64,000 nt of DNA from Paraspadella gotoi (Eukaryota > Animalia > Chaetognatha), in contig CM119265.1 in assembly GCA_051294375.1 (NCBI GenBank), positions 27,610,874 to 27,674,873 of the forward strand, written 5' to 3'. A program made the translations under genes and the position numbers. Position 1 is the first letter of the stretch. Each line of letters begins with the position of its first letter. The notes below the pieces were generated by a model. That model saw only the letters and a program-made list of their open reading frames with translations. It had not been told where the DNA came from and did not search any database. This document shows positions 28,457 through 41,800 of the stretch, piece by piece.

Positions 28457-28714
28457 TGTGAGAGAGAGAGAGAGAGTTCCATGAATTTGTGCCCAGCAGC
28501 GCTATTATGCTGCTGGTTAACATTTAGAGGATTGTTAAATAGATTCTATTCTTTTTAAAAGTCAACACAAGGAGTAAGGAGATGTATTTTGATAATGGGA
28601 TTCATTGTGCTGAATACAAAATAATTTTTTTCAAAATATTTTGTCCTTAGTTATTAATACTTATTATGCTATCTTTGCTATCTGTTTAGTTTTGTTTTTC
28701 CTTTAATCTTTCAG

Positions 28715-28781
28715 ATTTATCCTTTTTTTTTACCAAAAAACTTTATGCTTAGAATGAATTTGTTACCGTTTAAACTAACAG
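28715..28781 (+). CDS. F-type-lectin-like gene A exon IYPFFLPKNFMLRMNLLPFKLT
   Basis: tttcag|...|gtacgt, 67 nt, phase 0-1, paralogous to 47660-47732. Confidence 0.8.
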
Positions 28782-28860
28782 GTACGTTTAATCGAAGTAT
28801 ACTGGTATCCTGCTGTACAAGTATTTTTGAATATTTATATTAGCTTTTTTTACTTTTTAG

Positions 28861-28928
28861 TTGGAAACAGAAAAAACGGAGAAAACCTACTCTGTGACGT
28901 TTTTACACCAGAGAATTATAACGAAAGA
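28861..28928 (+). CDS. F-type-lectin-like gene A exon VGNRKNGENLLCDVFTPENYNER
   Basis: tttttag|...|gtaagt, 68 nt, FTP motif VGN.....N..C. Paralogous exon of the same length at 59544-59611. Confidence 0.88.
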
Positions 28929-29169
28929 GTAAGTTTTTGGGGTTTTTCAAATTTTCAACCACTGATTTTCAACCACTGATAATTTGCGCGGAGGAGAATT
29001 TAATCCATTCAATGCGTAGCTGAAAATGTTTTTTTTTCAGTAAAAATCCTTTGTAAGTTTGATATAAAAAGATTAGCCTAAATTAGGCCCTAATCAAATT
29101 TGTATTACTGTAAGATGCAAAAAAACCCCTGGAATGTCTGTAAATTTTGAATTTTTTCATTTTTACTAG

Positions 29170-29299
29170 AGTCGTCTACCTTATCCGATATCAATTGATT
29201 GCGGGAAGAACGGGGCGAAACACGTTGGTCGATATGTGACTCTCACTAGAATGGAAAAAGGAAGGACTTTCGGACTTTGCGAGATCGCCATATTTGCCA
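29170..29299 (+). CDS. F-type-lectin-like gene A exon SRLPYPISIDCGKNGAKHVGRYVTLTRMEKGRTFGLCEIAIFA
   Basis: C-terminal FTP signature C...GRYV...LCE..; AG/GT boundaries in frame. Confidence 0.9.
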
Positions 29300-29304
29300 G
29301 TACT

Positions 29305-29510
29305 TTTCTTGGCTGATGGCAGACTGTTCGTGGCAGATGACAACACTTTTTTGTGGCATGTGGCAGATTGTGGCGAATGATGGAACTGCTTGTCGTGGAT
29401 GAAAGTCTGGTTTGACGACGAAATTGTTTGTGGCAGATGATGGTATTAATTGTGGCTGATGACAGAACGGTTTGTGACAGATGACAGAATCGTTTGCGGT
29501 AAATCAGAGT
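29305..29510. repeat. Degenerate intronic minisatellite (ttgtggcagatga core)
   Basis: Core repeated about 7 times with ~24-nt spacing. Confidence 0.7.
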
Positions 29511-29884
29511 CTGCTAATGACGAAATATCCGACATAAACGAATTTTGCATTTTGAAAAGGAAGAAAGAAATTTAAAAAGAGATAGAGAGTAATTTTTAAC
29601 CTTGTGTTATGTAAACGTTCCCTCTATTTCCAGAGAAGACAACGCTAGCATATCTCTCCCTTTTACATTATTAAATATCTAATACTTATGTGAAATATAT
29701 TAATCTTTTATATCATTTTAAATTTTTTGTCTAATTGAGTATAATATAAACAAATAATTTAAGTATTTTTATATAAACATATTTATATAAAAGTTACAGA
29801 TTCTCTCTCCTCTTAACTAAATTGATATAGTACTTAAATTGTTAAATATTATTCTGTCTCTCTCTCTCTCTCTCTCTTTCTCAG

Positions 29885-30112
29885 AAAAAATAAAACCAAC
29901 AACGACCACTCGGAAAACGACGACGTCGACGACCACTACGACTACGAAGCCTGCAAGCCCTTCAAGCGCTCCGGCAAATTCCTCGGCGGCCGCCCCTCCC
30001 CCGCCCCCCTCGCCTCCCGAATCCCCGCCCTCTGAATCTTCCGCCGCTGCTCCACCCGCGACGACTCCTTTGAATGAGGAGCTTGCTACCGTGCCGCCGA
30101 GTAAACCATCTA
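29885..30112 (+). CDS. Gene A exon encoding a Thr/Ser/Pro-rich mucin-like stalk
   Basis: ctcag|...|gtaagg, 228 nt, phase 1-1, KIKPTTTTRKTTTSTTTTTTKPASPSSAP...PSKPS. Confidence 0.88.
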
Positions 30113-30127
30113 GTAAGGAATAATACT

Positions 30128-30268
<141 letters not shown>

Positions 30269-30794
30269 TCGCAGGAGTATTGGCCTTTTCTATCATCGAT
30301 GCTCCCTTGCCGTATGACGGAGCAGCGAATCTCTCTCGCTCTCTCTCTGGCTGGATGACTTAGAGTCAGGATCGGGATTGACAAAAATGACAACGATAAT
30401 TTGAACGATGGATTAATTGTTTAGGGTTTCGGTTAGGGATAAGGTTAGTTTAGGGGATATATATTAGGGATTAGGGTTAGGGATTAGGGATCGACAGAAA
30501 CGACGACGATAATTTGAACGATGGAGGAAGCAGTTGCGACGGTGAGAGCGACGAATGACGCATAAAACGACGATGGAAGTAGCAAAAGAAACAATTTTTG
30601 TACGTGCCTTTGAGTCCGCTGCTTCAGGAGCCGCAGCAAGGGGGCTTCTTTGAAAAAAAGTGCCGGAGAATCAACCTAACCCAAAACAGAAACGGAACGG
30701 AGGATCGAGCCATAATAATAATTAAATGATAATCTTTGTAGTATTTCCTTTCGATTCATTGCGTTTTGATATTTGTTTGCTAAGTAAAAGAGTT

Positions 30795-30995
30795 TTATTG
30801 AATTTAACAAAGATTATTATTAAAATCGAATATGTTTCGGTTCTAATGCGAATCTTCTTCAGCGCAAAATTCGACAGTTGTTATTATTATAATCGGAAAT
30901 ATTTTGAGAGTGAGTCAAATTTTGAGGTGAAAATGATTCACATTAGAACCGAAACATGTCAGATTTTAATAATAATCGTTGTTGAATTCAATAAA
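30795..30995. ncRNA. Inverted pair of Penelope-type termini with minimal hammerhead remnants
   Basis: ~80-bp imperfect inverted repeat. The minus arm has CTGAAGA-agattc-gcatta-gaacc-GAAACATAT, and the plus arm has gtgaaaa-tgattc-acatta-gaacc-GAAACATGTC. Confidence 0.6.
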
Positions 30996-31088
30996 TAATA
31001 ATAATCGTAACCGAAACCAAATGCTTGACCGCGGTTAATAAAACATTTTTCTATTTTCTTTGAAATCGTTAATTTTTTTTCCTTCCAG

Positions 31089-31127
31089 GTTCTGCCAGCG
31101 ATCAACTCTTGCAGGAAGAAAAGAAGA
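31089..31127 (+). CDS. Gene A 39-nt exon SSASDQLLQEEKK
   Basis: ttccag|...|gtaagt, phase 1-1, in frame with both neighbours. Confidence 0.8.
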
Positions 31128-31495
31128 GTAAGTTATGTAGTTTATATACATATGTATATATATATATGTAGAAAAAGAGATTGATAATATAGAAAATTTA
31201 AATTTGATTATAATCTTCGTGACACAAAGTTTAAGGAGCTGAGGTAGTTTTATGTTTATGAATCCTTGTTAACGGGGCGATAGAGAAGATAATATTAATG
31301 GTTAAGTAATTAATTAATTAAACGTTAATGTATACTTTGTTAATGTTAAACCTTGTAAACTTTGTTTAACGTTAATGTTAACCCTTTAAGTGTAAACCTT
31401 GTAATGAGGCAATACCATGAAGATATTCCTGAATATTGAACAATTATTAATTATTATAATCATATTTATATTATTATTGATATTGTTTTTCCCAG

Positions 31496-31722
31496 TCGAA
31501 CAAGAGGTGGAAGGTGGTTGCGGAGGTGGATGCGTCGCCACCATCATCGTCGGAATCATCACTGTTATCGCTATCGGGGTCGGAGTCTACATGGTGACTC
31601 AGAAGAAAGAAGAGGAGGAAGAGGGAGAAGGGGCGGAGGGAGAGGAAGAAGTCGCGGCCAACGCGAATCAAATCGAAAAACCGAAAAAAAATCGATCTTC
31701 GCCCAAAAAATTACCCGCCTGA
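31496..31722 (+). CDS. Gene A terminal exon: transmembrane helix and acidic/basic cytoplasmic tail
   Basis: cccag| acceptor, then GGCGGGCVATIIVGIITVIAIGVGVYMVTQKKEEEEEG...KKLPA*. AATAAA near 31959. Confidence 0.9.
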
Positions 31723-32967
31723 CGTTTTTTTTTTCCAAATTTTTTTTTTTTTCAAATTTTTTTGATTGGTTATAAGTTTGGTATTTTTATAAGAATTGTT
31801 TGCAATTTTTTTGATACGTTATGAAGTAAAGATACATTTTTACAGTTACCTCTGAGTCATGACCGTTGTCGGAAGTGGAAATCTTTCAGCTTAACCACGA
31901 GGGTGATGTGAAAATTATAAAAAATTTAGAAAATTAACATTAACATATAAAACATATAAATAAAAACCAATAAAAATACTTTGGTAAATTTAATTTTTAA
32001 TTTTATACAATAGTGGGCACCAGTGAGCTATGTTTATATATACAGGGTAGTTATTCAAAACTTAGAAAATCCGTATCTCTTCATCTTTTTTTTATTTTGT
32101 GACGCATCGGGTGCATTTAAAGAAAAAAAATTTAATTGAAGATACTTAACCAGACCTTGTTCTAACTATTAAAGCAGTGCGACAAGCACTACTGCAAAAA
32201 CCACTCCTGCCACAGCACCTAAAAGAATCACAGCTGCTCTTCATAAACGCTTCTGAAAGATTGAGCCACAGCTCGTAGACGGTTTACGCTATGCCATTGA
32301 TATTTTGGTTGAAAGTCATATGGGTCTCCCCTTTAATGAGACAAGAGAAATATAATTAATTCAGTATTTGCATCAACTTCCCTCAGCTCTGTTTTCCAAA
32401 AACGGCCCATTTCTGTTTCTTAATATCTGAATCTAATTTTAATTGTTACTTTAAATACAAAAAACTATTAAAGTAATTGATACAGATTAAGGTCCAAAAT
32501 ATATCTGAAATTTTTCTATTAAAATTTTGTTGTAAAAACGAAAAAAAAAATTAAAAAGTTTTTTTATTTAAAATTCTAAAATTTAATATTAATCTGTTAC
32601 CAACTAATTTTATTCTATTACCAAACCCATTACCTGATTCTTTAACCTAATCCATAACTAAAACCTAAACTTTAATCCTAAACCCTAAAACATAATCCTT
32701 AATTTCCTAGTCATTAATTAACCCTAATTATAAACCAATAACCTAATCCATAACCCTAATCTTTATCTTAATCCATAACCTAATCTATAATTTTAAACTT
32801 TAACTTAACTTTTAAATTTAAAATCCCTTCCCTCCCTTATTTGTCAATTCGAATTATTATTTTTAGGACACACAATTAATGTATCCTTTTATCCAACCGT
32901 TGAAAATTATAAACTACAGCAAGTTACCATTACTAATAATCGTACACATATACAAGTATATGTGTTT

Positions 32968-34085
32968 TTAGTCGGATCTGCTTATCAGCAGATCCCGACT
33001 CTATAATTCACTTTGTCGGTCCGTCGGTCCTCGCCCCCTCAATATTGTCGGGCACACACTTATATCATGTCAGAACATCGAATTATGATAAATTATGCAA
33101 AAAAAATGATTGTCCGTCTCCTGTCTGTCTGTCCTCCGTCCGTGTCCGTCCGTCCGTCCGTCCGTCGCCGTTCCGTCCGTCCGTCCGCCGTCCCACCTTA
33201 GCAGAAAACACCAATTACTCGTGATTGGATGGATGGATTTAAATGAAATTTTGTGTGAGGATAGGTAAGTGTGTGATTGAGCTGTGATATGAAGTTTCGA
33301 TGGAATCGTCCGAGTGGAAATGAGTTTAAATGGAAAAAACAAAAAAAATATATTCACTATTTGAACACACAATTGCTCATGAGTGGATGGCTGATTGACC
33401 TGGAATTTTGTATGTGGGTAGGAAAGTGTGTGATTGAACAGGAAATCAAGTTTCGATGGAATAGTTTGAGTGGAAATGAGTTTAAATGGAAAAAAAATTG
33501 ATTATGCTTATTTTTCCTTTTATATTTAATGTATATGCAGGATGTATTAATAAATCAAATAATTAATCAGTTAATTAATCAATTAGTAAATAAATTAATC
33601 AATAATTAATTAATTAGTCAATCAATCCGTCTATCCGTCTCATCTTAGCAAAAAGCTCCAATAACTCGTGATTGGCTGGTTGGATTGGAATTAAATTTTT
33701 GTGTGTGAGTAGGAAAGTGATAGATAGACTGGATATAAAGTTTCGATGGAAATCGTGTGAGTGAAAATTAGTTTAAATGGAAAAAATCATAAGTCGCATT
33801 TACTAAAATATTTTACTTATTTTAACTAATAAGTACTCTAATTAATCATAATTGGATGGATAGATTGAGTTGAAATTTTGTGTGTGGTAGGAAAATGTGT
33901 GACGAAGCTTGATATAAAGTTTCAGTGGAAACGTACCAGTGGAAATGAGTTTAAATGAAAAAATATGAGTCACATTTACTTTGAATCTTTTTATTTATTT
34001 TTAACCCAATGATAGATTGAGTTGAAATTTTGTGAGCCGGTAGGAAAGTGAGTGAAGAAGCTAGATATAAAAGTTTTGACGGAAT
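32968..34085 (+). mobile_element. DINE-1/HINE-like element with internal ~120-bp core repeats
   Basis: Starts agtcggatctgc-ttatca-gcagatcccgact, with (GTCC)n and a repeated gaaattttgtgtg...aagtttcgatggaa core. Same family as 19903, 60526 and 62003. Confidence 0.7.
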
Positions 34086-36149
34086 GCAAGTTGAAAAAAA
34101 TGATGCAAGTTGAAAAATGATGCAAGTTAAAAAAATTCTTAAAAGCATAAGGATCATCGCTATTGCATAAAAAGAGAGAGAGAGAGGTTCCGCGTACAAA
34201 CGTTGCATTTCGGAAAAAAAACGACTCTTTGCCACTATTGTTCAGTTGTACTTACAATGTGATAACTTTGGTACCAACAACACAAATAGGCGAACGAAGG
34301 ATGGTTAGAAACATCTCCACCCGTTTCTAATGATAAATAGTACTATGGCAACTTTTTAGCCAAAAAAATTATGTCCAATTTTGTCCATTTCTACTTACGA
34401 CTTTCTGATTTGAATGCCAAGGAAAGTTTAGGAAAAAAAATTTTTAGCTTTGGAAATCTATCTCTTCTATCTTCTTCACCGTCTGGGTAATTTATTGCTT
34501 AAATAATTAGTAGTTTGCCTATGATATTAATATTTAAAGTGTAACAAGTCAAAAAGTTTAATTTTCAGTTCTTATCATTAATTTGTTAAAGCAAGAAATA
34601 AATCAAAATTGGTTGAAATTAAAGAAAATATAGCCTAATTGAATAAAGCTTGTTCATACCTTAGAAATTTATCAAAAAAACTTTGATCGTTTAGCCAACA
34701 AATAATTTTTAAAGATCACTTTTAATTTGTTACTTTTGTGTGACTTGCATTTATTTTTAAAAAGAGCAATATTTTTAACTCCATTTATTAGTTTTAAAAA
34801 GATGAGGGTACACTACTGACCTGTTATATTAAAAAAAACCGCATCCTTTTAACCAATGGAAAGCGTCAGGACTTGTTTTTTTCCCTCAGAGATCGACAGA
34901 TTTTTGCGGAAAAATTATCCGCATTAAACTGATCGATTTTACTAAATTCTGCTAGGAACGCAAAATTGGAAAAAAACTATGCTCGCGTTACGTTAATCTT
35001 TTTTCTTATAATGAATCTAAGGAATTTTTATACGATTTGGTCAATATAAATGAAGAAAATAAGTTTAAAGGGAAAGAGGAAAGGAGAACAAGAAAAGGAG
35101 AAGGGGAAGATGAGAGGAGACATTGAGGATGAAAAAATGAAAAAAAGAGAAGGCAAAGGGGATTAAAAGTAGAGAGATAAAGCTAAGGCAGGACGAGGAC
35201 GGGGAATTTAAATAAAAAAGAAAGGGGGAAAGAAAGAAGGAGAGAATAAGAGAAAAAAAAGGTAAGGGAAAAGGAGGAGAAAGCAGGGGAAGTAGGGGGT
35301 AAAAAAAATGGAAAAGTGAGGTCGTGATATGAAAGGAGGAAAAAGGATGTTAGGAAAAAAAGAAAATCTGTGAAGAAGAAAGGTAACGAGAAAGAATAAC
35401 AGAGAGGATTATAGAAGGAAAAAATGATAACAGATATTTTTGGTGTCTTCGAAATAGGTTTGCTCTAAATAAAAAGATACACAAAATATATAGGGAATTC
35501 GATCTTTAAAGTTTTTCCCTGTACCATGAAAATTCATACCATACCTTGGTTTTTTAAACTAAGAAGTAATGCAGATAGATTATAAGCATCGAAGAGAGAA
35601 ATCTTGTCTTACCTTATTTTTAACTCATAGAATTTTTCTGAGACGTACTATGTTCATAAGAGGAAGATAACTATAGCCTACCGTTTTTTTAAATGAAGAA
35701 AGATTCCATACTAGTCAATGAGATCATCAAAGAGATTGAACGTAAATTAAGTTCAGATTCCATTGTCTAAAGAGGTCCTGATGTAGGCGGAACCGAAGAG
35801 AGAGAGAAGAGAAGAGAGAGAGTGCAGACCGAGAGGAGAGAGAGAGAGAGAAGAGCAGAGAAGAGAGTAGAGAGAGAGGAGAGAGCGGGAGACCATAAAA
35901 TAAAAAATCTTTTTAAAGTCTCAAGATGAGCCAGAGCCCACTATCAAAGAAAAATTAATGAAAAAACCCGCGGAAAAAAACGATGAATTCATGCGAAAAC
36001 GAATTATTATTGCGTTTTATTTCCGAAGTTCAAACAAGGTTGTTCAGCTACATACAGGAGCATCAAAAAAAGCTAAAAGTCTAAAAAACAAAACAAAAGT
36101 TAAAAAGATTGCGTTGAAAAACCACCACCACAGACAACAAAGGTCCAAA

Positions 36150-38150
36150 TATCACATTAATATATTTTCAATCATTAAAGGGAATGCGATTATTTTTTGG
36201 AGAACTAAATTTTTTCGAACTATAGATCTTGGAAATAAAGTTCTTTTTCGCTGGTTAAACATGGTTAATAATATCACAGCTAAACCAAATAAAGTCGCAA
36301 GCTCTCTAATGCTTTCCCATACGGTTGAAATCGAATATTTTTCTGATACCATCATTAATTAGGCAACATTAATCTGTTCATGTCTCCTAGCCAAAAAAGT
36401 TTTTACCTCACGCCATATAGTAGGTATAGGGACACAATTTGTATTAAAACAATCATTAGAACTTCTCAGATTGGTTTATACAAAGCATTTAATTAAACAA
36501 TACTAGATCGATAGAAAGATGAGAGTCTTCAGGTTCAAATAAGGACCCCTTGTCGCCTACTCAGGTTAAAGCCAAGATAAGTCCTTATCATTAACGAGTT
36601 CTATAGGCGTTACTGTTAAGAGAAAGAACATCTTTAGTCAACATCTTGTGTAAGGTTTCCAAAATACATTACTTTGTTGTTTTTTAAAACTAAAAGTAAA
36701 AACAAAACTGCCCTCTGAATTACTGAGCACAGATATTATTAGAGTTGGCATACCTGCTATTGTTGGGTGACAAAAGCGCAATGTCGTCAGGCATAAAAAA
36801 TTGCTTGCTAAGAATAAGTTTTCCTATATGACACCCAAAAACCCAGAATATTTTAAATCTTGTTATTAAGTCATTTACATACAAAGCCCAGAAATAAGGG
36901 CTTAAGACACCACCCTTGCCGTTACACCTGACGACACATGCAAAGCAATCACTGATATCTCCTTTACAGCGACTCCTACTAGTAGGTTACTATACCAGTA
37001 AACAATTAATTTAAAAACAGAGTGGTACAGATCTATCTATGAGTTTTTGTAAAAAGACCATATGATGACCTTATCCAAAACCCTTGCTGCCAATCCATAA
37101 ATGTGCGAAAAACGCCCAGCAGCCCATGAGTATTAAAATAATTATACAAGTCCTTAACGTTAACATTAGCGTGAGAAGTTAGAAGTGACATTTCTTATAT
37201 CCAATTGTAAATCGTCAGTAAAAAAGATAATGGCCGGAATGTTCAATAAAAGCAGTGTTCAAATAATGCACTAAAATCAAGAAAGAGTTATTCCTCTATA
37301 ATTAGAAAAAGAACTTAAGTCACCCGCTTGTAGTCCTTCACGATAGGGATAATCAACCCTCTAAAAGTCAGTACTATACATACGAATGTTTGAATTAAAA
37401 CTGTTCAGTAACTATATGCCAAATGAGTCAACAGTTTCGGGGCTTTCGCAAAAATCAAATGTGTCGGCATGACAATGTTGCAGACGATATTTTACCTGTC
37501 TTTAAATTTTTGTAGGAAACTCAGCTGTTAAAAATATCATCCCAAGATATTAGATAAGGTCTAACGATTGTTGAGGCATAATGATTTCACAATAATTTTT
37601 ATACTTTCTGAAAATTCAGATTCTAAGACGAGAATTGCCTGTTTGCATTAAAAATCACATAGACTAATTTTGTAATTTGTGTGCAAAAATGGATTAGCAA
37701 TTTCATGGTTGTTAAAATATGCCCATCTATTCCACATTCACATCTGGTTTTCCCTTGAATATGAACTCCAAGTTTTCCAAAACTAATACAGTCTTTGTTA
37801 TGTAAATCATGGCAACTTTTTGCCGAATCCAAGCATGAGAATTCAAATCTTTTAGCATTTTTAATTAGAACGTTTATAGGCTGTTTAAAAGCCCTTACTT
37901 TTGCGTTAAACAATAGGAAACCTTTATTGGGTCTTCCACAATCACGCCAAAGTGTGTACAATTCTATTGATTCATTTTTAAGTTTTGTAAGTTCATCACT
38001 CCAGAATTCTTTGTAAATTGGGCTTTGCCCTTGCAATTGATGCATCGGCTATTTTAATTGTTGAACAATGTCGCAAAAGTATTTTTCTAATTTTAAAATA
38101 TGATCAGTATTTCACAACAATTGTCATCGTGAGTTAATGCATCGAAGCGA
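36150..38150 (-). pseudogene. Decayed CR1/L2-clade LINE reverse transcriptase
   Basis: Minus strand: FWSDELTKLKNESIELYTLWRDCGRPNKG (~37950), SGV.QGGVLSPYFWALYVNDL (~36910), FMPDDIALL (~36790, YADD position). Confidence 0.85.
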
Positions 38151-38838
38151 AACAATAATTCTTGTCTTAATCATTAGAAACAGTAGATTGATGTAATAGT
38201 AATTGATTGAGGTAATACTAATTGATTGATGTAATAGTAATTTATTGATGTAATAGGAATTGATTATTGATTCGATGATAATCAATTATTGATGCGATGA
38301 TAGCCATTCACTGCTGTGATGATAGTCATTCACTTGATGCGATGATTGTCATTCATTGATGCGATGATAGTCAATAAAACAAACAAATGCGTGTATGAGT
38401 GAAAGAGAGAGAGAGAGAGGAGAAGAGAGAGAGAGAGAGAGAAAAGATAGAAGAAAAGAGAATAAATCCACGAAAATCTCGGATGAAAATATGGGATTTT
38501 GTATTGAAAAAAAGCGCGGAATAAATGGTAAATGGTAATAAAAAGTTTTTAGAAGGAAAAAAATAATCAGAATTTTTCATAAAACAAACGATCACGCAAG
38601 AGATCGGACAGAGAGGGACAGACACACACAGAGAGAAAAAGAGAGAGAGAGAGACAGCCGCTGCAGAGAAAAAGAGAGAGAGAAAGAGCGATATATAATA
38701 ATTAAAAGAGAGAGAGAGAGAGAAGCTCTACAGCCCCTTTATGTAAAGAATCAGCAGTACCTATGGCGCCGGACGTAGCGTGACCTCTTCTCTACCCAAA
38801 GGACCCGGGTTTGCTCCCTGTTCGCGGCATCAAAAAAT

Positions 38839-38874
<36 letters not shown>

Positions 38875-41800
38875 AGCTGGACAGACGCTGCAGAGCCGGA
38901 ACTCGTTTTTAGACAAATCAGAAGAAGCAGTGACGGAGAAAAAGAGAGAGAGAGAGAGCGACATATATTTAAAAGAAAGAGAGAGAGAGAGCGACATATA
39001 ATTAAAACGTTTTTGTTTTGTAAATAAAACATAAACAAATACGAATATTGATATGAAACATGAGAATTTTAAAGATCTTGATCTTAGAAGCCATATATGA
39101 AATTTAAACTCCCTATGATATCACAAGTTCAGAAGCCATGATTGCAAAAAAGCGTGACCGAAAGCTAAACCGAATCAAAATCTTGCCAGGACGGGCTTTG
39201 CCCGCCGGGCTCGATAATAGAGGATATTTGTTTGTTTTGATAAAATGTAAACAAAACATTTAATAACTGTCCTGACTCAATTTTAAGGACATCGATGATG
39301 ACAAGCTGAATATAAATTATAATTAATTATTAAAATTAATTAATTAATTAATCTATTAATTAATTAATTAATCTATTAATTAATTAATTATCGTAGGCAG
39401 ATCCGACATTGTTTGCTCAAACTTGTTTAAAAATTATTTAGCTCTGATTTAATTTTTTAACCGAGAAATATGGCGTTTAAAAAATGTGTTAGAGAAAATT
39501 GAAGCTCTTCGAATTGAAAAAAGAAAGAAGATGAATAAACTTGGAATAGCGTTGATTATCTTTCATCTATGCGATTTAGGTTAGCGAAAACATATTTGAT
39601 AAGATATCTAACTCGATATATAGTGTATATAGAATTATAGATAGTTTGCTAAATTGAAATATAGATTATAAAAAAGTGTGCCTCTAAAAGAAGGTTATCG
39701 TGTGCAGCTTGGAAAATTATTGAATGAGGAAGATGTGTCTTATGAACAATTGACTGAATGACTCGTTGAAAAATGAATAATTATTGAAACGAATGAATGA
39801 ATGAATGAATAGTTATTATAAAAAAAGTAACTTAAAAACCATCGTAAAGCGACGGACGTTATGTCCCCATTTGTACCTACAATGTTTCGATGTAAAGTTT
39901 TAAGAAAACCATTTTCGTTTTTAATTTGTTTCATTTTAGTATTTATTAAACTTCATTATTTTGTTTCATTTTTAACAAGGACTCGCCTTCTTGTTGTTAA
40001 GTCGTTTGAATGCTTTTGGCTCAAGACTCGATTACAGAATGGTAAAGATACGAATTTGAATATTAGCGATAGATTTATGCTCCTTATTATAAACTTATCA
40101 TTTAAAATACTGATATGATCATCTTAAAAAACTTTTTTAATGTTGTTTTTAAGTGCGGTGGTTACGACGCCTTAACGGACGGTGTTTGGAGATCCAGTAA
40201 GTTTTTTATGTGTAATGGCAGCATCGTCATTTATGACATATTTAACATATTTGGCATACTTAACTACTGATATTTCAACTGATATTTAAAAGACAGCTTC
40301 CCGAGAATAGCCAATGTTAACTGACTAGTATTATTGGTTTTAGTATAGAGCCACGCCCAACTCAGGGAATAGACAAAAATTGAAAAAAGAGAGCCTAATT
40401 TGTTGGAAACTAGTTATTAGTCAAAAATGCTAATATAACAAATAGAACGATACCCTTTTTCGTACAATTTGTAAAAGAAAATAGAAAATATTAATAAATT
40501 TAAAAAACAAGATCAGTTCATCCAATGTGTTGCGCCGCAGTGACTTTATTTTCACGTTTATTTTCCTTTGATCACACCAGATGACATGACATGACATGAC
40601 ATGACATGACATGACTAAAAACCTTTCTTAGCCCATTATTTATGACATGCACTGCATCGAAATTCCGTCTTTTATTCCTTATAGATTTAGGATTTCTTGA
40701 AGCTGGCGCTAGCTGTCCCCTAGATTTGAGGTTTTTTCCTGTCTGCATTTTTAACGTAAGTAGGACAGACTGATGAACAGACATACCGACTGACGGACCG
40801 ACAGACCGACCGACCGTAACTAAAAACTTTCTGGCTTCTTTCCAAAAGAGCTCCGTTTCAGAATTCAGAATTAAGTTTGTTTTTAGGTTTAATAATTAGG
40901 TAAGAGGTTATGGATTAGGTTTTTGATTACGGTTAACCGTTATGGATTAGTTTTCGGATTACTGTTAACCGTTAAGGATTTGAGTTTTAAGTTTTGAGAT
41001 TCAAGTTAAGAGAAGGTTAATGAATAATGATTAAAGTCAAGGGATTAGTTTAGGGATTGGGAATAAGGGTGAGAGATTGGAATATACCATGATGGAAAAA
41101 AAAGTGTCGCGGTTTGGAAAACCCAGTTAATTTTATTGTCAAATATATTTTTGGCTAATAAATAAGTTTTAATAGGTAATCTGACCTCCCTAAGACTGAA
41201 TAATATAATAATTTCTCAACAGTATTAAATTATTCAATGCATTCAAATACTTCCATAAGAGGTTGTCTCTAACTGTTTTCACTTCTTTTTGATTAAGAGA
41301 ACTACTCATATTATTATTATAATTATATCTCTGACATGATATTTTTTATCAGATTTGGGGTAAAAAATGGTCCTTAGCAAGCAGTGAAAAAGATTGATTC
41401 TTTATAAAGTAAACCAGGCTTAAGTTATTGTTGCATAATGTGATAATTCATTATCTTTCACTTCAACAAAATCTTTATTTTTTTATTTTTGGACTTGTTT
41501 AACACTTGATTCTGATAATATATTCAAAGGTAAATAAAAATAATAACTTTGCTTACAGAAAGGTTACCCGGAACCTTTATTGATTTAACCTTTAACTTTT
41601 ATTGATACTTTACAATTTAAAAATAATATTCTGTAATATCTACAGCATCAATGTATTTTTAATATTGCTCATTTTTTGATATATAAATTAAGATTTATGC
41701 CTGAATCTATCCTAATGGAGATAATGCAATAACCATTTGACATAAGACTGAGAAAAGGCAGGGATTTTTAATTATATTGATTAAACTCACAAAGTAATAA

